A stretch of 63,086 nt of DNA, filler included, from Octopus bimaculoides (Eukaryota): assembly GCF_001194135.2 (NCBI RefSeq). It is 4 parts of 3 records of this genome, joined end to end, with 100 filler letters (N's around TTAATTAATTAA, not from the genome) between each part and the next. Parts side by side here need not be neighbours in the genome. Positions count along the whole stretch, not along the records: positions 1 to 22,338 come from NC_068988.1; 3 more parts are not named here. One strand, written 5' to 3'. The notes under the pieces are model-generated. The model worked only from the letters and a program-made list of their open reading frames with translations, did not search any database and had not been told where the DNA came from. Below, one piece after another: positions 1 through 14,849 of the stretch (positions are counted from its first letter, which is position 1; the number at the start of each line of letters is the position of its first letter). The translations under genes were made by a program, and so were the position numbers.

Positions 1-43
1 AAACATAATAATAATAATTATGATGATGATGATGATGATGATG

Positions 44-92
<49 letters not shown>

Positions 93-94
<2 letters not shown>

Positions 95-217
95 GCCCTG
101 ATGCAGTACTAGACAGTGGCTCTCATGGCTTCTGATCGTAATTGATTGGAAACGTTATCATGTACATTGTTTTGTCTTGGTATAAAAGAAGGGCTACAAC
201 AAATATTCTGCTCAATA
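93..217 (+). mobile_element. Fragment of a repeat family also present at 57497-57970; probably R4/Dong-related 3' region
   Basis: tggtataaaagaagggctacaacaaatattctgctcaata matches the reverse complement of about 57920-57970. Flanked by (AAT)n and (GAA)n. Confidence 0.6.
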
Positions 218-1225
218 GAAGAAGAAGAAGAAGAAGAAGAAGAAGAAGAAGAAGAAGAAGAAGAAGAAGAAGAAGAATTACCAAGACTAATATCATCACC
301 TATCATTTCTTTTTATATACAACCTCATATAGACCTGCGCTTTTAACTACTGCATCTGGTAAAATCCTTCTATACGCAAGCCACATTTCTTGGTCCCCGA
401 TGTGTGTCTTTTTCTTTTTGCAGTACAAAGTGCCAATTGATAGTATAATCTTTGTTTCTGTCTTTAATAGACGAAATTAATTTACTTAGACTTGTTTGGA
501 ATCTTTATTTTTATCTCTAAATGAACCTAAAGTTTTAGCCAATCTCTGTTTGAAAATTATTGCAGTTCTGCCGGTGTATTCATTTCCCTCAGATGTAACT
601 TTATTTTTAGTTTTACATTTATTATTCATATAACAGAAGTCCCGTCTAGAGCAATTACAGACATCAATTTAATTTTGTTTTTGTTTTTTTTTTATATTCT
701 CTCAGATTTAGTATTAATTTGATTATTCGTGGTAAAATTCATTTCTACCAAGTTCTGTATTACTATTTATTCTTTCATATATCTTTATATTTGTTCTATT
801 TCCAGCTGAATTTTTATTCGATTTTACGTTATTAACTACGTTAAAATGAGCTTTTTTTCCCTTTCAGCGAATTTTGAATTCTTAGAGTTTTCTTTTTGAT
901 TTTTTGTTTTCATTCCCTTTGACATTATTACACTAAAAATTTACTTTGCTACTTTCTTTACAATAGTTTTTTTTTTTTTTGTATTTCGATATTCTTTTTA
1001 CATTAGGTTCTACTATTATTTGTGCAATATCTTTATTGTTAGAAAAAGCCATATATGTGTATATATTTCAACATATATAAATGTTTTAGTGAAATTCAGG
1101 TCAATTCCAGGGGTGTTGAAAATTATGATTATACCATGGAAATTATTGCACGATATTATATTCACTGCTTACCTTATAATTAATGCTAGTGTGTTCCTCT
1201 AAGTTTCGCATTTCCTCTTTCAAAC

Positions 1226-1261
<36 letters not shown>

Positions 1262-2509
1262 GCCGCTGTTATAATGAGTTGCACAGTTAAGTGCTTCTTT
1301 GTCAAATGATAAAGTACACATGCCCTAACCAATGCTATTTGATTTGCTAAGCACATAGTATTTTCAACTCACTTTTTTATTTAGGATTCAGTATAGATTG
1401 TAAACTTTGAGAAATTATATCCTAACATAATAATGTCCTTTTTGCCAGGTGTAATGGAACTAGAAATACTTTTTTCCTGTGCATTCTGAATTAATCGTTA
1501 AGATAGACAACTCCCAAACTTCAGTAGCACTGTTTGATTCTATGCCAACATTAAATAATATCTGGCCACTACTGCTTAGTATGCATAACGATAAACATTC
1601 TCACTAATGAATGGGTAAATCATTTTCCTTCATCTTTAATGATTGCTAAAGAGGATCTATAGACAAGCAGATCATAATATTATTGCGGGAAGATTGTTAG
1701 AATAGCAATTGCGGTAAAGACATTTTAAATGCGGTCAATTGGCATAAGATTTCAAATGTCAGAAAAATTGTATTGCATTATTTCTTCTTTCACTACACGT
1801 ACTGTAGAAATTTGCTTTTCTTCCTTTCAAGTTCCACGAAGTATTGGAGAATTTGATGATACACTCTAATTAGGTAACTATTAGATGGAACACTTGTAAC
1901 GGACACGGAGAGAATACCTTGTTTGAAAAGTATTTTGTCAGTATTTCGGGCAATTCTCTCTCATCACCTCTCTCTCTCTCTCTCTCATCACTTCTCTCTC
2001 TCTCTCTCTCTCGATCGATTGACTGATTGACTAATTGATTGACCTAATAATTGATCCCTTAATTCAATGGACCTGTTTTTTTTTACGTCTTACGACGATT
2101 CTGCTAGATGTTGCTTGTACTCAGAATACTTTTATACGTACCTAATGTATATTTGCTGAATCTATCAATTTCACGTTTCGCAGGATTTCTTGATCTAAAT
2201 TTGGCTTTGGCAACAAAATCATATTCACACTTATTTATTTTTTGATGTCGGCCTTTCGTCTATTTTCAGTTTGATAGCAATTTTGTTTCGTTCTAAACTT
2301 ATGCTTGAGATTGTTTCTCGTAAGTATTAAATTCATCTGGATGATGTATATTTCATATTTCTATAAAAGATAAACCAAGAGTATGGAAATACATTCAGTA
2401 CATGTTTGTGTATATGTGTGCCTTCCAGGAAGTGGTTGATATGTGCTTATCAACCTCTTTATGAAAACTATACTCATCGGTTCTTTCTCTCACTTACTCC
2501 CTCTCTCCC

Positions 2510-2569
<60 letters not shown>

Positions 2570-2897
2570 GGTCTAAAAGTAGTGTAATCACATTCGAAAA
2601 GAAAAGTTTAAATAAAACAAAAGTTAAAAGTAAACGATAAAGCTACTAGTTATGAAATCCATTTTCTATATGAGCCTGTGTACGTTTTGTGTGAGTATAT
2701 AAGTATATAAGAATGCTTTCATATGTATTCTAGAATTTTCATATATTTGCATGTACGTGGTCCATCGTACATGTTACTAAACCTCACAAACTATGATATA
2801 AGAGGCATTTGGTCTCACACCCTCACATATACACACATGCATATGTATATATACATATATACACACATATATGCATTTATATGTATATACAAATATA

Positions 2898-2965
<68 letters not shown>

Positions 2966-3246
2966 CGGAAAGATACAATTACAGATAAATAGATATACAA
3001 ACATATGTATTTCCATAGTATGTACATATATATTTTATATACCATCTCTATACATATTAAATATGAATGTATATACGCATATGCCTGCATGTATGTAGTT
3101 ACTTGTATAAGTATTTAAATTATTGACTGTCGTGCGTGTAATTTTTCACAATATACAGAAAACATAGTTAACCTGATTGAAGTAAATTATATATGGTGGC
3201 TATAACAATTATAAGAAGGATTTTGATGCCTGGGTCTTCTGTTGTG

Positions 3247-3337
3247 AGAGGAAAGGGAATGAGAGGAAAGGGAATGGGAGGAAAGGGAATGAGAGGAAAG
3301 GGAATGAGAGGAAAGGGAATGAGAGGGAAGGGAATGA
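3247..3337 (+). repeat. 15-bp minisatellite (GAGAGGAAAGGGAAT) x6
   Basis: Directly visible tandem array. Confidence 0.9.
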
Positions 3338-5127
3338 GTACATTTTATGCAGATAATTGATGGATGCGATAGCAATTAAGAGTGCGATGCTAAATTCATG
3401 AACATTTATGAAATCAGACGAATTTCTAGCTGTGATTTTATGTTAATTAGAATTTCTGAAGTTAATCTACCATTTTATGCACGTGTTTCCCGGGTTATCT
3501 CTTGCAAGAGGAAAGTGAAGGAGACACCTAATGCTGACAACTGATGCATGAGATAGCAATAAAGAGAATGATGACAGATTAATAAACATTTATGAAGCCA
3601 GACATATTTCTAGCAGTGATTTGATGTCAATTAGACTTTCTTAAGTTAATCCATCATTTTATACATGTTTTATTTTTCTCCTGTCCGATTGTTCCTACAT
3701 GTTTATCTTACAAAGATGAGACACTATATATCCCAACCTATTCAGGCACTAATTGGGTAGTTGCAGAAACATCTCATCAAATCAAACACACACACACACA
3801 CATTCACACACACACAAACAAATGCATATACGTACACACACACACACAGATGTATGTACATATATGCATGCTATTGATGTGTTCAGTAATTGAATTGCAA
3901 TGATTCCAAGGGTAATACCTTCATGTGTTCTTTTCTTCTTTTTGTATCTAATACTTATTTCAGTTCAGTATTTATTTCATCAGTATTTAATGAATCACTA
4001 ATTTAGGCATTTTCACAGAACATTGTTGGAGAATTTGTAAGCAAATTCACATATATGCATATTGATTAACACTGACACACGCATGTAAAGCACAAATGTG
4101 TGTGTAAGCGCCTTTACTGTAAATATGCACATCGATATACAGATATGTAGATATAGATATATACAAAGAGTGTTTTTAATTGTGTTTTAAATACTCTTAT
4201 TCAGAGACACAATGACCGATATGAATCTGGGCACGTATAAAATGTTGGTTAGACATCCTCTCTCCTCTACTATCCAGACTCTCGTATGAGTAGACGTCTA
4301 TACTTAATTTAAATGAAGGTCTTCCAAAGTCACTGTGTTCAAACCTTGATCTAGATCAAATGAAAGAATCAAAAAGCTATAATCAACGTCTTTGAAAGTT
4401 TTAAACACCTACTGTATTGTCGCAATAATCACATGAACCCACCATCGATGACGATGACAATGATCTGGGCATTTAATATACGATGGCTCTAGATCGAGAA
4501 TATCATCTATGGGCAGGGAAATTACTCCTCGTGGCAGGAATTCTGGAATTGATTTCTTAGATCTATGGTTGAAGTTGGTAGGAAACGACAGGCATATTGT
4601 GCATCCTGGAAGAAGCGAAGATACGAAAGAACCCATTTGCCAAGATTCACCAGTATGGCAGTGAAGCCAAATCAGTCAGGTCTGATGTGACATTAACATC
4701 AGAAGGTCTGTGCAGCGATGATTTCTCGTAGTATTTGAGATATTGATTGAGAAGTAATCTTGCTTTTTGAGATATGCTAAAAATGTCTAATCCAGTGTCC
4801 TCAAATTTAAAGTAATGAAGGCATAAACGCGCGCGCGCAAGCTTAAGCACATACGCACATGAGCATACACTTAACTTACATAGTAATACACTTCAATAAA
4901 TTTAGATACATATATATGTGTGTGGGTATGTATATAACTATATACACACACATACCAATATATAAATACACGCCTGCATCTATATTTAATTTATAAATGC
5001 ATATATTTAAATTGCGCGTGCGCACGATTGTAACTGTATATATGTATATTTATAAGTATTTATTTACGTATGTATGAATTATAGACTTGTGTATGCCACA
5101 TGTATCTTCCGTCTAATAAATTCCATT

Positions 5128-5172
<45 letters not shown>

Positions 5173-6052
5173 TCAGCTTCCACCGACGGTGAAATATTAG
5201 TGTCCAAATGATCGCACTCTGTTTATCGAACCCGAAACTACGGAATTAGAAAACCGATCTCTTCCTTTCTATCATAAACTACGGATTTACAATGTCAAAA
5301 TGTCAGATTGAAGGTTCTGTTAAATTTCAACATTTTGTTTATGTCGGAGATAAAATATTAGTAGCCGTTGCTTTCAACTTGTTCCTCTCAATATATTTGC
5401 GATTAATTTCAGAAGAGTCATTCTTAATAACTGTATAATTTATTGGGCTATGAGGCAAAAAAAAAACAAGTAATAAATCTATTGCTGTAGGATTGTTTGG
5501 TTGTTTTTTTTTACATTTTCAAATGCAAACAAAAGATATTTTATTTGAAGTTTATAATTTATCTGTGAAGTTAAATGAAATACAGATTTCTTTCCTTGCC
5601 TGAATCTTTTATATGCTGTTATTTGTTCTGACATGACATTTCTAGTTTTTCGAGGAGAACAATTAATTCCTGCTCCGTTGATTACACATCATTTAAGAAG
5701 ATTTCTAAAATGCCATTGAAAGACAAATATCGTGTAAAAGAATAGGATTTTTATTATTGTTATTATTTTTCTAGAAATTTATTTACTTATTCAATTTCTC
5801 GTCTGTGGTATGAAATGTCAAATTCTCTTCTAAGCTCAAAACTTGATTAAATAATAACAATAGTCGTTTTGAAATTTTGGCAAAAGATCAACAATTTGGT
5901 ATATGGGTGTAATTAAATTGCAAAAGAATGAAAAGCAACGGGGACTTTGGCGGTATTTGAACTTACAACGTAAAGACGGGCGAAATGTTGTTAAGTATTT
6001 TGCCTGGAGTGCTAAAGATTCTTCCATATCTCATAATAATAACGATCATCTC

Positions 6053-6256
6053 TATTATAGGCACAAGGTCTGATATTGTAGGGGAGGGTGATAGTCGACT
6101 ACACCAACCTCATTACGTAACTGGTAGTTATTTTCCCGAAGCCGAAAAGGATGGAAAATAAAGTGAGCCATGGGGGGAATTTGAACTTAGAAAGTGAAGA
6201 CGGACGAAATACGGCTAAGCATTTCACCAGATGAGCTAAATATTCTAACTAGCCGC
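6053..6256 (-). mobile_element. SINE family A (degenerate; further fragment at 5940-6027)
   Basis: Reverse-complement similarity to 58019-58235. Confidence 0.7.
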
Positions 6257-6263
6257 ATTTAGA

Positions 6264-6328
<65 letters not shown>

Positions 6329-6329
6329 C

Positions 6330-7500
6330 AAATGTCAATATCACTGAGCTAAATGACATAATATATGCAGCAGCCACTGCAGGCACAAAAAAGCTGGAAA
6401 CTCCCTCAAACCCATCCAGACAGGAGTATCACCACCCAAACAAACCCTGTGGATAAATAATATTTTAAAAAATAGAAAAAAAAAGAGAAAAAGAGAAAAG
6501 TTATGTCAATTCTCAACGAAATTAGTAGACAATCAACACAACTAAGTAACAACAAGAAAACAAAAATACTGTACAAATACGACATTACAGAAAAATATTT
6601 ACCTCAGGTAAAAGAAAAGCTAAAGCAAGATATCTCCTTGCCACTCACAAAGGATCCGCCGCTATGAGAAACGCCAACATTTCTTTGAACAAAACAAACA
6701 GTTCACTTCCAGCCCCCAAAATTCTATCAAGAACTTGGCAAAAATAAAATAGATATTAATGCAGCACCAACTGCAGAAGTGGAAGAACTTTGGAAAGAAA
6801 TGTGATCGGCGAAAGAACAACCTCAGACAAGGACAATTAAAACAATGAAATTAGCACCTGAAAAACTCCGGACCCCCGTAACAACTGAAGAGGTCACCCA
6901 GGCACTGCAAAGAAATAGTAACAGGAAGGCACCTGGGCACGACAAGATCCCCAGCTTCTGGTTAGAATATCTGGCAGGAATACACAAAAAGCTGGCTGAC
7001 ATACTAGCAGAACCAGAGACAATGACTGAATGGCTCACGAAAAGGAAAACTATCCTAGTTCCCAAATCCACTGAAACGGCAAAACCACAAAACCTCAGAC
7101 CAATAACCTGTCTCCCTACAATTTACAAAGTCTTTAATGCAATAATATCACAGAGATTGTGCAAGCATCTGTAAGAAAACAACCTGTTTCCAGAAGAGCA
7201 AAAGGGATGCTGCAATGGCTCATACGGCGTAAAGATAAACTAATGATCAATAAAGGCATAATTGAAGAGAGCCGCAGAAAGAAGAAAAGCCTCAGTATGG
7301 CCTGGATCGACTACCGAAAGGCTTTTGACAATATTCCCAACACATGGACACTCGAAACACCAGCCATGAACAAGGTAGCACCAATAATTATAAAATACAT
7401 ATGACACTCTATGAATAAATGGTAGACAGTGCTACAGCTCCGTTGCTTTTTGTTCTCTGCATAACCCTTCTGACATAGGTACTTCGAAAAATGAAACTGG
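6330..7500 (+). mobile_element. Degenerate R4/Dong-clade non-LTR retrotransposon, N-terminal region plus RT
   Basis: Broken ORFs with ITELNDIIYAAAT, KAPGHDKIPSFW, RPITCLPTIYK, EQKGC and WIDYRKAFDNIP motifs. Frameshifts and stops present. Directly preceded by (ATA)n at 6265-6325. Confidence 0.85.
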
Positions 7501-7693
7501 GATATCAGCTAAAGAGTAAATCTAAATCAATATCGACATCTTTTCGGCCACATTGGAAACGTCTCAACCACTTATACACTTGAGCAGGTATCCCCATGAC
7601 AACTTCCTCTGTCATGTCCAATGCAACGATCACAGGCCATACATGTTCATTAGAAGCACTACCGTAAAGAACAGAAGAGATCTAAAACGTTAC

Positions 7694-7746
<53 letters not shown>

Positions 7747-9682
7747 AGCATACGTACGTACGTACACAAACATGTTTGTAACCCACTCTGAAGGTAGTAT
7801 GTTACTGGATTATGAAACAGAGATAGAAATATTTGCAGTTTATCTTTTTAGAAAGAGCAGCCACATGTCCTCCGAAATAAACAACTGGACAGAAAGCTTC
7901 ACAAAAACATCTGATATTCGCAGACCCACAATGTTTAGATAAATAGGGATGGCTAATTATGAGATATTTATTACGATAGGTTTGTTCCATCACATGTGTT
8001 TCGCTCACCACTTGTATTTGTTTTCCATTCCTTAAAACTTGTTTCACTATTTCATACTTTTTTCTATTTTATAATAAACCGGGGGTAATGTAAACAGGAA
8101 ACTTAACCTAACACTTTCCTTTACCATTAAATTTTACGTACGATTATCATAAGTGTTAGATAAACCGGATATAAAAGACATTTATTCCTGCTGTTATTTC
8201 TTTTTGTCGTTTGGTTATTGTTTTTTATATTACAATTTCACTATTTTATTAATTTTATTTACGCTAATGATATTTTTGATCATATTTCAAAATTAACCTT
8301 TTCGAATTTTGCATAACCTTCTCATATAAATTGGCTACACCATAAATCAATTATTTGTAATACTAATATTGACAATTTTCAACTCAACGTTTACTTGGTT
8401 TTCTTTTTCGAGGAATGATAAAAAAAAGCTTGTTTATCGATTTTCTCACTTCTGTGAAACTCTGAAAATATTTTTTGTTCATATTATCATAGCAAGGAAA
8501 CGCCATAATCCTGAAGTGCTTATGAAATATTTTATAAAATTAAGGAGGACATTCATATTTATCAAAGTTTCGTGCCTGGCATTTTCTTTAAGTGGTAGCC
8601 TTGCAACTAGGAGGTTCCGGTTTCCATACTACTGCTTAGCACTTTGGGAAAATGTCTTATACGAGTCTACAGTTGACTGATATATAAAGTCAGTAGAATT
8701 TAATCGTGTGAAATCGCCAGTGTGCACACCACCCATTTCTACACATACATACACAGTAATAGCTTACGTGAGTGTTACAAAGAATACACAAAGTACATTA
8801 TTAATTTTACTTAAATAATTCTCACGAAAAGTGATCATATATTCATGCGATTTACGACTGGTTTATCAATGATATTGAATCCATACTGTGAAAAAATGCA
8901 ACAGAGATAAAAGCCAAATGCGCACAGTAAATGAAATAGGCCTGATGTAGTTCATTTGCTGCAAAAACCTTGCGCTATAGAATGTTTTATTTTTGTAGAC
9001 CAGGGTCTCATGAAATGACGTATGGAAGATAGAAGCCATGAATAAAAATAACTTGTAGTGTACGGCTGTCTGTATAATGTATACAATGTTTAAAGCGACG
9101 TAAAACTGCGGAATGTTCAGTGCAAGAGATACTTCAGTAATGAAGCAGCTGAAAATGTTTTTCGTTAAATTATTACTTCAACGTGAAGCATGGAATAAAT
9201 TTCTTGTAAGCCTACTCGGTCAAAGATTCATACGTACCACACAAAGGATATTATAATTAGCCACAACGTTTAAAGCATAATTTTTCAGGTATAAAGGTAT
9301 AAATGTGTGTATTTAAGAAACACTTAATTCTGCAACTATTTCATTTATAAATATGTCGCACTCTCACATGTTGAGCTACTTCCTTCTATTTAAGCGCCAT
9401 CAATATATGATTTTTTTTTGTACTTCATTTAGGGGACTGAAATTGTGTGGTTGCCTGTATATATGTGTGTGTCTGTGTTATTTTGTGTTTCCCCGCTCCA
9501 CTATTGGATTCTTTCCATCTGCATAGTGTTTGGGCAAAGAGAGCAATAGATGTACCAAATGCTTAGATAAGTGGTGGGACTGATTTGCCCGACGAAATTT
9601 TTCAATCTCTTTCCCAGAATGGCTGACGTTTAAGGATTGAAACAGTAAACGATAAAAGATTTATACGTATATGCCTCTGTCA

Positions 9683-9725
<43 letters not shown>

Positions 9726-10730
9726 NNNNNNNNNNNNNNNNNNNNNNNNNNNNNNNNNNNNNNNNNNNNNNNNNNNNNNNNNNNNNNNNNNNNNNNNNNN
9801 NNNNNNNNNNNNNNNNNNNNNNNNNNNNNNNNNNNNNNNNNNNNNNNNNNNNNNNNACACACCATCGTGGCACACCGTCGGTTACGATGACGAGCGTTCT
9901 ATTTGTTTGCATAGACTCGTGCTATTCATTTTAGTTCTATTTTAAATGGATAGTCAATCTTCTTTTGAAATTTATTGATCTGGCACCTACAGCAATCCTG
10001 AAAAACTGTCTGTGACTTAGTGCACAGATCATTGAAAAGAAACAACTAAGCAAATGAATATTTACAGGCTATATACTAAAAGAGTCAATGTTAGTTTGCC
10101 TTTTCCTTAAACACGAAACGTTAATACAGACATGTTTCACTCCCGCCCCTTTCTATTACACGTCTTCATGTTCACTCTATAAGTAAACATTATTTTGAGT
10201 ACACACTGTGGTGTTCCGAATTTTTCTTTCTCTGCAAATCTAGATGTGATTACATATATAAAATGATTCTCAGTATAAGAAATAAAAATAATAATGTTAG
10301 ACTTACTCCTTGAAAAAACTCATTAACGTTCTGTGCAGTCATAGTTTTTGCATTGAATCCAATTATTTTCACAAGTTGTTGAATCTAAAATTGAAGTGGT
10401 AAAAAAATGCTTTAAATAGATATTTCGATTAACAGCATAATTGGAAGTGTATCTATTAATGACTACCATGCATGCATATCAGTTTGGAAATGAAGACAGA
10501 TAGATAAGTTGACATAGCATTTTTTTTTTTTTTACATTTAAATGTTTCTAAATTCTGGAAAAGCTAATGTGTTTAGATTAAAGTAAATGCGATATACATT
10601 TATAAAACTACATGAACAAGTTTTGTTTCATATAAACACTGAAGTTAGAGTAATGAAAGCACCCATAGAAAAATGTTGGCAGAAAGTAATTCAAAATCAC
10701 TCTTTCCATACTGTATACTTTGAATAAGAT

Positions 10731-10800
10731 GAAGGCGGTGAGCTGGTAGAAACGTTAGAACGCCGGGTGAAATGTTTAGCGGTATCCCGTCTCTGTGAGT
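10731..10800 (+). mobile_element. SINE family A, 5' head only
   Basis: gaaggcggtgagctggtagaaacgttagaacgccgggtgaaatgtttagcggtat. Truncated where the ORF1-like element begins. Confidence 0.75.
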
Positions 10801-12150
10801 TGGAAGTATTATTGGCGAAGTGCGTCTGTGTAGTAAATGTAGTTTCTGTTGACAGTTTCCGCGTTGTTACTTGTTGTATTTGCTGTACCTTTGTTAAATT
10901 TGTATAATTGTTTTTATTCGAAAAACTATTATGTTTTTTCTCCTGTTGGGGGAAATATTAATTGCTGGCAAGATGCCAAAAGGGTTGTCGTTGTCTGACG
11001 AGGATTCGACAGATTTAGATGCTAAAAAGTTGAAAAAATGTTATTGAAATATGTTTCAGATTCGTCTGAAAATGAATTCCCACTATTGTCAAGGACTCCC
11101 GTTGCAAGGAGGAGCATCGAGATGAAAAGCCTTCAGACGAAGGTAGGCAAACAGAAAACAAGTTTTGCGTCTGCAGCTGGAGATAGAACTCGCCAACTGT
11201 CGACAAATAAAATTGATTTGGTGATGTACAAGGACATGATTACAATTCAAGACGGAGTTGTCAAGGTTCAACCCCCATAAGAGTTTTTATTGTCAGAGAA
11301 GAAAACAACTATTATATTCAAGACATAGTGCTAAAAAGAAGGAAAAATCGAGCGAGTAAGCGAAGAGAAGGTAGAGAAATGTTTAAAGCCTATCTGGCAG
11401 GATATCACATATCTAGCCAGAGGAAAAAAGTTCGGTACGATCGAGGTACACCTAAAAAATATCGAAACTGCACTCAATGAAATCCTTGGAAACAGAAGAC
11501 GTAATTTTAATACCAATATACATTATACATGGGTATGAGGACAGACAAAATACGAATACCAAAGGTCCCACCTCAAATCGACGCTATGTGGTTAATGGCA
11601 GCAGTGCTGTCAGAACGAGTAGATGAAAGAAAACTACTCCAGGCTACCGTTTCTGTAAAATCATATTGGACCGGCCACATGGTCCACCTGATTATTCAAA
11701 CAGAACAAGCTGTATTGGAACAGAAAAATAGAAGTTGGGCAAGATTTCCTCAACGTTTTTGTAGAGGGGCGTAAATCCCGATGTTTTCTGTGTGGCCAGC
11801 TAGGCCATATAAAAAAATACTGTAAAGAAAGCGAGAAGGAATCTGAAGGTGAGGAGGAAGAAAAAGAAAAAGAAATAGAAAAGAAAGTTACTAGCAAAAG
11901 AAAAATGGAAAATGTAAACCAACTAAAACAAATAGAACCATGGCCGAAAAAGACAGCAAAAAGAGTCCAACTCAAAACAACAAGGAAAGAAGTAGCGGAC
12001 ACAGGAATTGTGGCACTACATACTAAAAATGAGGATTTAAGCAGAGAGATTCAGAATTATTCAAACTTTCAAATTCCTGGAGCTGCAAATTGTGATGTAA
12101 CATTCCTGCCGTTTCTGATATCTTCTAGTACTATGAGTGAAACGTAATAT
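10795..12150 (+). mobile_element. Frameshifted ORF1/gag-like remnant with CCHC zinc knuckle (L1/Tx1-like)
   Basis: VEGRKSRCFLCGQLGHIKKYC (C-x2-C-x4-H-x4-C at 11782-11823), upstream SFASAA and RIPKVPPQIDAMWLMAAVL segments, then a Glu/Lys-rich tail. Several frameshifts. No ORF2 follows. Confidence 0.7.
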
Positions 12151-13499
12151 CGTTTGAATAACATTCGAAACTCAATCGCAAAATTCAACTCTCTCTGAGA
12201 ATATAAAAATGCTACTTTTGTTGCACAATTAATGAAATATCATACGATGAAATATTATATGATTAAAAAGAACCATGATACGTTTTACTGCTTTCCATTA
12301 AGACAGGAAGGGGAAGCCTAAAATATCTTTCATGTATTTCTTTTTGAATATACTCAAAATATTTTGATGACATGTAACCCTAAACACTACGATAATAATG
12401 TCGATTTCTCTGAAAAATAATTAATTTAATATGGCCAACTAAAGAATTTATTGTCGGTGCAAATGAGTATCACAAAAGCAGAGTTACTTTAAGTTGTGAA
12501 ACAACTGGATTATCTTCCAATTGTTGGACTGAAGGAAACAAAATAATCTGCTTAAGAGAACCTTGCTTCCCTTTCAGCTGCATCAACAGATATTAACGCT
12601 CAAAAATACTAAAACAAGCAAGATTACATCAATTATTGAACACACCTAAAACTATATAATGTTTTCATGTAATTATTTGAAATCACATCCATTTATTTTT
12701 TTCTGAGAAATCGATACTAAATTAATAATCTAACGAGAATCATTTGCAACACACTTTATCTTTCGTGAATGAATGGTTGTTATCACATGTATTATGCGAG
12801 CAACATATAGCTTCAAAAGATGAAAAATTCTAAGTGACAAATTATGAAAGTTTTCAAGAAAGGACATCTGTAAAAGAAAATGAAGAAAATAACAGGTATC
12901 CAAAAATAATGATCTTAAAAAGTGTTGGCGGGGTTGAGGTTCTTAGGTGATAATTAGGCGGGCTAATTTTCAACTGTTACAAAACGGCAAATTTATGAAA
13001 GAGAATTCTGTTTATATTAGAGGTTCTTATGAAAACTATTTTCTAGAGATTGTTAAAAATTCAAAAATAAACCAGGAGGCAGTTGAACATAAAGCTTAAA
13101 ATGCATCCTGTATTAAATACACAGTAAAATAGCTGATTAGAAAATAATATTTTTTTAAGGTGTCCTGGAATAATTACAATACAGTGAATAATGGGTACAA
13201 CATAAATGTTACAAGATATGTGAGCACACTGTCTCTCAAGTTGTGGTTGTCAGCTACTCCGAGAACAGTAGCAGTTTTGATACTACGAGGTTTTCGGTCG
13301 AGTAAAGAGTGCTGGTAGTTTATGTGCATCCTTTTTACCGAAGTAGACTAATTCAAATTTATATTCGTTCTGCTGTATGGTCAGTTTTTCCACCCACTGG
13401 ATATCAGAGAGCAGATTCGATTTGAGATTTGTCCGGTCTCCGGCCAATTATATAGCGGCCACTCTCACTAGCTAATATACTAGAGATAGACCGCAAAGC

Positions 13500-13790
13500 C
13501 TTATATGAATGGGTTGATGAAAATAAAATGCAATTTAAATTTAAGAGCAATTAAGCCATTCGCTATCAAACAGCTCGTGCACTCTCAACGTAACAAGAGA
13601 AGGAATTGCAATCTCAGAGTGAAACAGTGCATGATCTGGGAAATGATATGCGCGGCGATGCTTCGATTTATGTACATATCAGAATTATAATTATGGTGGC
13701 AATGTGGAGGCAAATAGCTTATTGGATTGCAATAGCTTACAGAACAAGGGTCCAGGAATGCTTACAACACCCATGTACTCATCTCTACAC
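13500..13790 (+). mobile_element. CR1/L2-like LINE RT C-terminal fragment
   Basis: YEWVDENKMQF and TVHDLGNDMRGDAS segments are typical of the post-RT region of CR1/L2. Degenerate. Confidence 0.55.
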
Positions 13791-14218
13791 ACAATTATAC
13801 ATATACCTCCATGTACACACACATTAAAACACGTATATGCATGTATACTAACAGATATACCTCGTTGAATTTATCAATATATAATGATAGATCCGTTCTT
13901 ATTTTGGAGTTTGTCTCTTTCACTATTGGTGACAGATTCGAAAAATAAAAGATGGAATGCGCGCGCGCACACACACACACACGCGCGCACACACATTTAT
14001 ATATATAGGTGTATACATATATACTTATGTGTCTTTCAGTGGGTATGTACATGTGGGAGTGTCTCATTTGTTCTTTGAAAGCAGTCGATGGGATTTGAAA
14101 GTTCGTTGTCTATATTCGCATCTTCAACAAAGGAATAATACATACATAAATAGATGTTTGTGTGTGTGCATACACGCACACACATATATATATATATATG
14201 TTTTTGTGCGTGTGAATG

Positions 14219-14285
<67 letters not shown>

Positions 14286-14465
14286 NNNNNNNNNNNNNNN
14301 NNNNNNNNNNNNNNNNNNNNNNNNNNNNNNNNNNNNNNNNNNNNNNNNNNNNNNNNNNNNNNNNNNNNNNNNNNNNNNNNNNNNNNNNNNNNNNNNNNNN
14401 NNNNNNNNNNNNNNNNNNNNNNNNNNNNNNNNNNNNNNNNNNNNNNNNNNNNNNNNNNNNNNNNN

Positions 14466-14496
<31 letters not shown>

Positions 14497-14849
14497 CTTA
14501 TTTATCAGTATTGCTGGTTCTTCTTTATGCTAATACAATCGTGAAGGGAATTTCATCTCTCGAGTTTTGTTTCCGACTAAATACATTAATGATTTTTTGT
14601 GACAAATGAGAAGTTTTTGAAAATAGTCCTCTTTTTTTTTTCTTTGCTTATTTCACCAAGATGTCTTTGCATAATCATAGTCCCTAGTGGAATTTAAAAG
14701 TTTCATTCCAAGAATGATATTACAAAAACATTCTAAACCAGTTTAACACCAAAACAAAAGTCATGCAGTTACAATAATAATAGTAATAATATAATAATAA
14801 TAATCATAATAATAATAATTATTATTATTATCATTATTATTATTATTCC

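Noticed and set aside
4409-4850. Adjacent minus-strand ORFs with protein-like composition
   Set aside because: No convincing acceptor/donor pair and no recognisable family. Possibly an old TE relic.
12576-12612. ASTDINAQKY after a ttcag acceptor, resembling PDE ATDISRQNEY
   Set aside because: An in-frame TAA follows immediately and there is no donor.
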